Assembly: GCA_032249395.1 (NCBI GenBank)
Contig: JAVVFY010000011.1
Coordinates: forward strand, 1-18,507
Reading direction: 5' to 3'
Source: Candidatus Aenigmatarchaeota archaeon
Lineage (GTDB): Archaea > Aenigmatarchaeota > Aenigmatarchaeia > CG10238-14 > SpSt-28
DNA: 18,507 bases
The position numbers were made by a program, and so were the translations under genes. Below the pieces are notes generated by a model. It was not told the DNA's origin and made no database searches. It saw only the letters and a list, made by a program, of their open reading frames with translations. Shown piece after piece: positions 1-6,217 of this stretch (positions are counted from its first letter, which is position 1; each line of letters starts with the position of its first letter).

Positions 1-300
1 TCCAAACTTTGGAACTGCAAAACGTGGATTATAGGTCATTTACAAGCAGCTATAGAAATTAGAAAAGGAAACTTCAAAAAAATAGAAAAAGTTATCATAA
101 AATCAAGGCCAAAAATAGAAAAAGGAAAATTGCAAGAAATTATAATTTTGCCTGCTTTTAGCGATTTAGCTGGAAACCTACTTTTAAATAAAGAGCTCCC
201 TTCAGATTTCCTTTTTGAGAAAGTTATTGATATAAACAATTCAGAAGTCTATCTTTTGGATGGAAGTTACTTGGGGAAATTAAGTGAGTTAAGCATTTAA
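1..300 (+). CDS. 3' part of a calcineurin-like metallophosphoesterase (COG1407-like), truncated by the window start
   Basis: Frame 1 is open from 1 to TAA at 298-300. Manual translation gives ...WIIGHLQAAI...IILPAFSDLAG...VYLLDGSYLGKL. The GH, LPAF and YLLDGxYLG motifs are typical of this archaeal family. Not in the ORF track. Confidence 0.7.
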   Translation, partial: SKLWNCKTWIIGHLQAAIEIRKGNFKKIEKVIIKSRPKIEKGKLQEIIILPAFSDLAGNLLLNKELPSDFLFEKVIDINNSEVYLLDGSYLGKLSELSI

Positions 301-322
301 CCTTTTCTTTTGAATTTGAGAT

Positions 323-961
323 ATGGTAAGAAAGCAATACATCCAAACTCTTCTCAATCTTCAGAAAGACTTTTCAAGAAAATATTATGTGAACCTTTAT
401 GAATCATTTGATCCTAGAAGATGGTTAAGTAGCAAGGAAGTCAAATTAGAACTAATTTGGCCAAAGAATGTTATGGAAGAATACGAAGCTTTTGAAAAAG
501 GTAAGTGTAAGTCTTTAGATTTTGCTTTTTTAATTTATTCAGATGAAGATAAATCGAATAAGCTCGAAAGAAAATATTTTCTTATTATAAAATACTCTCC
601 ATATACTTCTCAACGCTCTTCTTTAATATTTTATCCTAAAGTTTACTCTCATTCTTGTTATTTCTACGAGTTTCAGACAGTCTCTTTAGGAAAAATCTAT
701 CTAACTTGCAAACATGTTTATGCTGCTTTAAGAGAGGTAGATGCTATAGCTAAAAGATTTTCTCTTCCAGTTGAACAATCTTACTTCTATCCAAGAAGCC
801 CGTTTTTGCCAAGAAAGTTCGAAGAAATAGAGAAAAGCAAAGATAAGGCTGAAGTAAAACTTGAGAGGGCGTTCAGATTGTTAGAAGAGGAGCTATACAT
901 AAACGAGTTAGATTCTTTAAGAAGATTAAACAGAAGATTGAGGTATTTGAAAAAAGAATAA
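323..961 (+). CDS. Hypothetical protein with SWIM-type zinc finger
   Basis: 212-aa ORF. HSC-x16-CKHVYAA resembles the SWIM CxC...CxH motif, with His in place of the first Cys. Confidence 0.6.
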   Translation: MVRKQYIQTLLNLQKDFSRKYYVNLYESFDPRRWLSSKEVKLELIWPKNVMEEYEAFEKGKCKSLDFAFLIYSDEDKSNKLERKYFLIIKYSPYTSQRSSLIFYPKVYSHSCYFYEFQTVSLGKIYLTCKHVYAALREVDAIAKRFSLPVEQSYFYPRSPFLPRKFEEIEKSKDKAEVKLERAFRLLEEELYINELDSLRRLNRRLRYLKKE

Positions 962-971
962 AAATCCTTTC

Positions 972-1013
972 GAAACTACCACAGGATCTTGGGTTTATCA
1001 GGTTTCCAGCCGG
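972..1013 (-). other. 3' arm of the 23S pre-rRNA processing stem (BHB)
   Basis: Inverted repeat of 5925-5966. The central helix GUCA/UGAU is flanked by 3-nt bulges AAG and AAA and by long helices. Predicted cut between 995 and 994. Confidence 0.9.
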
Positions 1014-1326
1014 CTCGGGCGATTGGGAGTGGCGGGCTTACCGCTCGCCCGAAGGCTCGCGGCTTACACCCCCACCCCATCAACGTTATCGTCTATAACA
1101 GCCCTCGTCTCTCTGCCGGGTCTCCCCAACAGAGAGAATGGCCGTCTATTTTTCCGGGTGGTTTCCCCCTTAGATGCCTTCAGGGGTTATCCACTGGGGC
1201 GTGGCTGCCCGGCATGCCAAATGGACAACCGGTACACCAGAGGCCCCGGGAGCGCGTTCCTTTCGTACTTGCGCTCCCTTCCGGTCAGACGGCCAGCACC
1301 CCCAGTAGATAGCGACCGAACTGTCT

Positions 1327-1458
1327 TTGCCGCTGCATGCGAAGATAGAGTAGAGAGTAGACTATAGATTAAAATTTAGGTAAGTTTACGACCCGAGAAC
1401 GATACCCAATTCATCCTTAGCAAAATGCTACGTCTTTGGGTAGTGCTTCGCATGCAGT
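1327..1458 (-). other. 132-nt ORF-less BHB intron after ~G2597 (E. coli numbering)
   Basis: 12-bp terminal stem (1333-1344/1446-1457), central helix GUCG/CGGC, bulges UG|A and AA|A. Removal restores GUCGUG|AGACAG. Confidence 0.93.
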
Positions 1459-1490
1459 CACGACGTTCTGAACCCAGCTAACGTCCCCCT

Positions 1491-2273
1491 TTAACCAGTG
1501 GACACCTGTACCCATAGCCTTGAGGAGGTAAAATTTACAAAATTTTTCCATTCTTCAAAATTATGAAAAGAATTTTTCCCTTCATTACACAAATTAGCTA
1601 CTACATCTAGGATTTTATTTTTCTCAATCCCAAACCATGTTTTACTTTTCTTGGATATTCTTACTCCATCTAAGAATCTAATTTCCTTGGCAAATTTCAA
1701 TATTTCTTCTTTCTTTGTGAGTACTACTTCATTTTTCCATATCGACGGTCTAAATCCTAGTTTTTCCAGTATTTTCTTTATGAAAATCTTTAATGATTCA
1801 TTTTTAACTGTTACTTGAATTCTTTTGTTAACTATCCATAATTTCTTGGTTTTGTGCCACTTACATCCCAAAATCACTGAGCCTTCGGCGGAAAAGAAAC
1901 TTCGAATGAAACTTATTAGGTTATCAGAGGATATACTTTCTATTGATGGTAGCCTAATATTGTTGTTTTCCTTTCTTTTCCAATCTGGTATAAAGGTCTG
2001 GAGAATTTCTACGACTGTCTTGTTACAAACTCTAATGATTTTAACTTGTTTTCTATCGACTCTTTCTGTAAAATGCAAATCTCCGAATATTATCTTCATA
2101 TTATCCTCACATACTTGTATCAACTTTTCTTCTTTTGCAGCAAATATTACTTCAAAATGTCTATGTTTTTTGTTAATTCTTACGGTACCATCTGCTAATA
2201 GAAGACCAACTATTTCCCAAAACTCCTTCTTATTTTTTACCTCCTCAATTTGGCCGCTTGCAGTTGAGGGCAT
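1491..2273 (-). CDS. Double-motif LAGLIDADG homing endonuclease
   Basis: Motifs WEIVGLLLADG and FIRSFFSAEG. The ATG at 2273 follows an SD-like GGGTGAT. The ORF crosses both boundaries of intron 1514-2249. Confidence 0.9.
   Translation of the reverse strand: MPSTASGQIEEVKNKKEFWEIVGLLLADGTVRINKKHRHFEVIFAAKEEKLIQVCEDNMKIIFGDLHFTERVDRKQVKIIRVCNKTVVEILQTFIPDWKRKENNNIRLPSIESISSDNLISFIRSFFSAEGSVILGCKWHKTKKLWIVNKRIQVTVKNESLKIFIKKILEKLGFRPSIWKNEVVLTKKEEILKFAKEIRFLDGVRISKKSKTWFGIEKNKILDVVANLCNEGKNSFHNFEEWKNFVNFTSSRLWVQVSTG
1514..2249 (-). mobile_element. 736-nt BHB intron after ~A2542 carrying most of a LAGLIDADG homing endonuclease gene
   Basis: 14-bp terminal stem (1520-1533/2235-2248), central helix GGCC/GGCU, bulges AA|A and AU|G. 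Removal restores GGCCAA|GGGU. AT-rich insert in GC-rich rRNA. Confidence 0.92.
2250..2257 (-). other. 8-nt 23S micro-exon GCGGCCAA (~2535-2542, helix 91)
   Basis: Needed to rebuild UGGCCGUGCAGCA|GCGGCCAA|GGGU, in which UGGCCG pairs with CGGCCA. Bounded by BHB cut sites on both sides. Confidence 0.9.
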
Positions 2274-2357
2274 TCATATCACCCAATTTCTATATATTAA
2301 TTCTACACCAATATATAAACTTTATCTGGTTAAGGTTCAATAAAGAACGCCCTCAAT
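2258..2357 (-). other. 100-nt BHB intron after ~A2534 containing a promoter, RBS and start codon
   Basis: 12-bp terminal stem UUGAGGGCGUUC/GAAUGCCCUCAA, central helix GCAG/CUGC, bulges CA|A and AA|G. Confidence 0.9.
2278..2326 (-). promoter_or_regulatory. BRE/TATA promoter and Shine-Dalgarno for the LAGLIDADG ORF 1491-2273
   Basis: On the minus strand: GATAAAG (2326-2320), TTTATATA (2319-2312) and GGGTGAT (2284-2278), the last 4 nt before the ATG. Confidence 0.65.
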
Positions 2358-2414
2358 TGCTGCACGGCCAGGAGGGGGGGAGCCGACAGCTACGCACCAA
2401 CGCGCCGGGTCAAT

Positions 2415-2465
2415 TTGCCTGTCGCTATCTGCAAGGAAACGTAGACCCACGCAGATAGCTTTACT
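2415..2465 (-). other. 51-nt BHB intron after ~2477 (helix 89 loop), largely antisense to 23S 2052-2079
   Basis: Stem GCUAUCUGC/GCAGAUAGC. Relaxed BHB with central helix GCCC/AGGC (one mismatch) and bulges AC|A and AA|A. Removal restores GCCCAC|AUUGACC. Confidence 0.88.
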
Positions 2466-2637
2466 GTGGGCTTTCACCGGCCACGGGCCCATTATCCCCG
2501 AGGTAGCTTTTCTGATACCACCGGCCCCCATTAATGGGAACCGATGTATCGCTAACCCACGCTTTCGCGGCTGGAACCCTCGCTTTGTGGGTTCCAGTCA
2601 GCCCACCTTTTGCGTTTGCACTCTACCCCGGATTTCT

Positions 2638-2722
2638 TTCGGGTGAAAAACTCCCATCAATAGCTACCCCGCTAATCATTCAATCATTCGGGAGCGACCT
2701 TATCATTACGGGAGTTTTTCAT
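2638..2722 (-). other. 85-nt BHB intron after ~C2306 (helix 84 loop)
   Basis: 12-bp terminal stem UGAAAAACUCCC/GGGAGUUUUUCA, central helix CGGG/CCCG, bulges UC|A and AA|A. Removal restores GGGUC|AGAAAUCC. Confidence 0.93.
2657..2706 (-). ncRNA. Putative intron-encoded box C/D sRNA
   Basis: In order: AUGAUAA (C), 12-nt guide GGUCGCUCCCGA, AUGA (D'), UUGA spacer, AUGAUUA (C'), 12-nt guide GCGGGGUAGCUA, UUGA (D). This is the canonical archaeal spacing, and each box is 1 nt off consensus. Confidence 0.72.
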
Positions 2723-2795
2723 GACCCGGGTGAGGTGAGCTTTGGGCCCCCTCGATATCTTTTCGAGGGGGTGCCGCCCCAGCCGAACTGCCCAC

Positions 2796-2828
2796 TTCGC
2801 CAAGAGTTAGCCGATTGACTAACTCTTT
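2796..2828 (-). other. 33-nt minimal hairpin BHB intron after ~G2234
   Basis: Hairpin AAGAGUUAGUC-AAUC-GGCUAACUCUU, central helix CGCU/GGCG, bulges AG|A and AA|G. Removal restores GCGCUAG|GUGGGCAG. Confidence 0.9.
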
Positions 2829-3122
2829 CTAGCGCTGTCCCCTCGTCGGGTAAGCTGTAGAGTCCCAGAAGGCTGGTGTTACACTTGCCCCTCGGCCTCG
2901 GCCGAAGCCTACGCCTGATAGCGGGTCCCAGCTACTCTATGCAACCAGGACTCTACAGCAACGCCAGGCTGCAGTAAAGCTCTACGGGGTCTACGTTTCC
3001 CACTGGGGGTCTCCGGCCTATTCACCGGAAAGCCGATTTCGCCGGGTCCCACCCCGGGACAGTGCCCAGGTCGTTAAGCTGTTCACAGGCCGCCATTTAA
3101 GCGGCAAGGGATTATGCTACTT

Positions 3123-3167
3123 GTGTCGCCCTAGGCGGCGATCATTAAATCAGATGACCGCCTGAGA
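3123..3167 (-). other. 45-nt BHB intron after ~A1927
   Basis: Central helix GUCG/CGAC, bulges UA|U and AC|A, inner stem AGGCGG/CCGCCU. Position 1927 is an established archaeal 23S intron site. The loop contains CUGA-UUUA-AUGAUCG. Confidence 0.88.
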
Positions 3168-4650
3168 TACGACGGTCAGAGTTACCGCCGCCGCTCTGCG
3201 GGGCTTAGCCCGGTTGGAACCGGGTTTCACACACCGCAGCTGGGCAAGCCTCAGGGACTGTACTCATCCTTTCGGACTAGCAGTCCCCTGCGTTTTTGTT
3301 AAACAGTCGCCTGGGCCTTGTCACTGCAACCTGCGGTCCCTCCCATCCTTTGTCCTCTAATGAGGACTCAGGATGGTCAAGACCACAGGCACCCCTTCTA
3401 GCGAACATACGGGGCCAACTTGCCGATTTCCCTGGGGTGGGTTCTCCCGACACGCCGTTCCCTTCTCAGGAAGCCCACCTGTGCCGGTTCTCGGTACGGT
3501 CTAGGGGGATCCTTGTGGATTGCCTTTTCACCGGCTCCAGGGATCGGCCGAACTTCCCATTCGGGAAGCCCATCCTGCCTTCAGCCTCTTCTCCTCATTA
3601 CGAGACTCCGAGGCCTTAAGCAGTTGGCTTGCGTCGGCCTACCCCGAAGCGTCGGCAATCCACCCTAGCCTTGCGGCACGTACCCCCTAGGTTCCGGAAT
3701 ATTAACCGGATTCCCTTTCTCGGGCACGCCGATTAAGGGTGCCCTTAGGACCGACTAACTGCCGGCTGACGAACATTGCCGGCAAACCCTTGGGCTTCAG
3801 GCGGCCGGGATTCTCACCCGGCTCGGCTGCTACTTTCGGCGGGATCTGCATTGCTGCGTGGTCCACTGGAGCTCACGCCCCAGCTTCTGCCCACGCAGCA
3901 CGCCCCCCTACCAGGCCTCTTCGGCCTCCGGGGTCTCGGTGGTCGGCTTAGTCCCTTCCATCTTCAGGGCACTACCCCTCGGCGGGTAAGTTGTTGTACA
4001 CTTCTTAGCTGATGGCTACTTTTAGGCCCACAGCCCCGCTGTCTAAGGGGTAGTACCCCTTCGTCGTTTAGCCGACACTTAGGGACCTTAACCCCGGTCT
4101 GGGTTGTTCCCCTCACGAGTGCCGAGCTTACCCCAGCACTCATTTTCCCGCCGTCTACGGGGCTGGCGGATTCGGAGTTTGACAGAGAGGCTGAGCCTTT
4201 CGGCCCTTGACCCCTCGATCAGTAACTCTACCCCGCCAGCACCCTCGGGCGAGACTGCTCTGTGGAGCATATCGGGGGGAACCGGCTATGAGGCCGCTCG
4301 ATTGGCTTTTCACCCCTAATCCTGGCTCACGAGAGGGATTGGCATCTCACCACCTCTATCGGGCCTCCATCCCCCTTTCGGGGGACTTCACCCTGGCCAG
4401 GATTAGATCGCGGCCCTTCCGGTCGTAGGCGAGTGACTTCAGGCACTTTCATACCCCGCGCCTCGCTCTTTCGAGCTGCGCGCAAGTCGCTTTCGCTTCG
4501 GCTTCGTGGTTTCACCACTTAACCTCGCCACTCGCCTACACTCCCCGCCCCGTTTTTCCAAACGGACGCCAGGACGGTGTAAGCTCCCTCTCGCTTTTTC
4601 AGCTTCGAGGGAGCACCTTTCCCGCCCTGGCAGACTATAGCCACCTGGTT

Positions 4651-5346
4651 TCAGGCTCTTTTAATGGGAGACAAGTAGGTTTTCCTTACCAAAGGGATTG
4701 TTTGCAAGAATGTCAAAGCATTTTTATTCCTTATTCTTAGACGAAACGCATTGTTAGAATGTTTATAGAGATAGGGTCCGTTAGAGTTTATCCCCAATTT
4801 ATTCAACATTAGCTTTAAGTCTGATAAAGGTGGACATTCTGTTTGATTATTCCATGAATGGTATACATAGATTACCGGTTTACCATCTTCAAGACATATA
4901 CTCCCTTCTGCATCAACAAATCCTGCAATATACCATTTCTGAATTTCTGGAGGAGCTTCTAAGATTAATCTTGGGGTTCCCCACCATTTTTGTGTTTTAT
5001 TCGGTGGATACTCGAAAACTTTTGTAAAGAAAAGAAATAATGGTTTTGAATCTACTTGCCATACGAAATCTTCCCCACTTTTCATTATTTTTACTTTTTT
5101 GTTAAATAGATCCTGTGAGATGCGATTTACTACATTTTCTAAGAATGCTTGATCTTTCTGATAGATTCTTACCTTATAACTTCTCTTGGCTCTGCTTAAA
5201 TTTCCGTCTCTAAGTAGACCAACAAAGTATGCAAGAGGAGGGGTAAGTTTCTTGGGGATAGCTATGCTGTTTTTCCTTAAATTCATCTCGAGAGTAACGT
5301 TTATGGGTATTGATGGATGTATTGGTATATCTATGTCTGGATTCAT
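4651..5346 (-). CDS. Double-motif LAGLIDADG homing endonuclease
   Basis: Motifs LAYFVGLLRDG and WYIAGFVDAEG. The linear stop at 4651-4653 lies in the downstream exon. Confidence 0.92.
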   Translation of the reverse strand: MNPDIDIPIHPSIPINVTLEMNLRKNSIAIPKKLTPPLAYFVGLLRDGNLSRAKRSYKVRIYQKDQAFLENVVNRISQDLFNKKVKIMKSGEDFVWQVDSKPLFLFFTKVFEYPPNKTQKWWGTPRLILEAPPEIQKWYIAGFVDAEGSICLEDGKPVIYVYHSWNNQTECPPLSDLKLMLNKLGINSNGPYLYKHSNNAFRLRIRNKNALTFLQTIPLVRKTYLSPIKRA

Positions 5347-5394
5347 ATTTATATATATTGTTTTATAGTATTTAAAGCTTACTACTTGTCTCCT
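4661..5394 (-). mobile_element. 734-nt BHB intron after ~A502 (domain I) encoding a LAGLIDADG endonuclease
   Basis: 12-bp terminal stem GGAGACAAGUAG/CUACUUGUCUCC, central helix GGUG/CAUU, bulges AA|A and AA|A. Removal restores GGGGUGAA|AAGAGCCUGAAACC. Confidence 0.92.
5369..5376 (-). promoter_or_regulatory. TATA box for a probably leaderless endonuclease transcript
   Basis: TTTAAATA ends 22 nt upstream of the ATG at 5346, and no SD motif is visible. Confidence 0.55.
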
Positions 5395-5924
5395 TTCACC
5401 CCGTTTGCACGGTGCTTTTCAGCTTTCCGTCACCGTACTAGTGCGCTATCGGACTTGGGATGTGTTTAGGGTTGGATGTTAATGCCACCCAGCTTCCCAC
5501 TGCCAAACCAGGCAATGGTACTCAGGATACCTGGAATCTTCCTTCCCTCCTTCCCCTACGGGACTATCACCCTCTAAGGTGGGGCATTCCAGCCCACTTC
5601 GGGTCGGAGGGTTAGGAAGTGCCCAGGTCCTGCAACTCCACATTCCACTTGGCTTATCGCCAAGCGGTTCGGTTTGCCCTCTGCCGGTTTCGGTCGCCCC
5701 TACTCCCGGCATCTCGTTTGATTTCTCTTCCTGCGGGTACTGAGATGCTTCACTTCCCCGCGTCCCCCTTCCAGGCTTTTAGGCCTGGAATGCCGCTTAA
5801 CGCGGCAGGATTCCCATTCAGGCATCCGGGGGTCTACGGCTGCATGCGCCTAACCCCGGCTTATCGCAGCTTGCCACGCCCTTCCTCGGCTCCCAAGCCG
5901 AGCCATCCACCAGGTGGCGTACCT

Positions 5925-5966
5925 CCGGCCGGAAACCCTTTGACCCCAAGATCCTGCGGTAGTTTC
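5925..5966 (-). other. 5' arm of the 23S pre-rRNA processing stem (BHB)
   Basis: Pairs with 972-1013. Predicted cut between 5939 and 5938. Confidence 0.9.
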
Positions 5967-6201
5967 ATCTAATGGTCTCTTAAAGACAGTTCGTTCTTCA
6001 TTCTCTTTTCAGAAACGACCTTCAAATCATCGACCTTCAACACTTCACCCTTTAGCATAAAGCTAAAGAGTTGCATACAAAGTGGCTAGCAAGGTGTCCT
6101 CCTTCTTCATTTAATTTTTCAGAAAAGAGGTAGCTAGCTCATCGCCACTTTTCATGAGCTTAAGCTTCCATAATAATCACTAAAAATATTGTAGTAATAT
6201 G

Positions 6202-6217
6202 TATTTAAATCTTTTTG
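6202..6217 (-). promoter_or_regulatory. Likely 23S rRNA promoter (BRE + TATA)
   Basis: Minus-strand CAAAAAGA-TTTAAATA lies immediately upstream of a structured ~210-nt leader. Predicted start near 6178. Confidence 0.6.

Larger units (their letters stand above)
995..5938 (-). rRNA. rrl: Archaeal 23S rRNA gene with 8 introns. Coordinates are the BHB cut sites; mature ends probably lie a little inside
   Basis: The reverse complement has conserved LSU motifs: GGUGGAUGGCUCGGC near the 5' end, H69 GGUAACUCUGACC, P-loop CUGGGGCGG, GGGAUAA, GCUGGGUUCAGAACGUCG and sarcin-ricin AGUACGAAAGGAAC. Spliced length is 3,028 nt. Confidence 0.98.

Noticed and set aside
1345..1446. 9-nt matches between the 132-nt intron and rRNA (GCACUACCC, CUACUCUAU)
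   Set aside because: About one such match is expected by chance, and there is no box in register.
1825..2343. Antisense ORFs opposite real genes (also 36-239, 7800-8057, 9307-9495, 13557-13964, 16167-16412)
   Set aside because: They lie opposite well-supported CDSs and have no motifs.
3335..3390. Long hairpin in helix 63 as a possible ninth intron
   Set aside because: It has internal loops but no BHB geometry, and lies in a known variable helix.
1327..5394. Group I or group II identity for the introns
   Set aside because: They are too short or filled by ORF, show no catalytic core, and all have BHB junctions.
989..5972. Many GC-rich ORFs in the track (e.g. 989-1312, 2534-2818, 3296-3619, 5619-5972)
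   Set aside because: They are shadow frames over rRNA exons.
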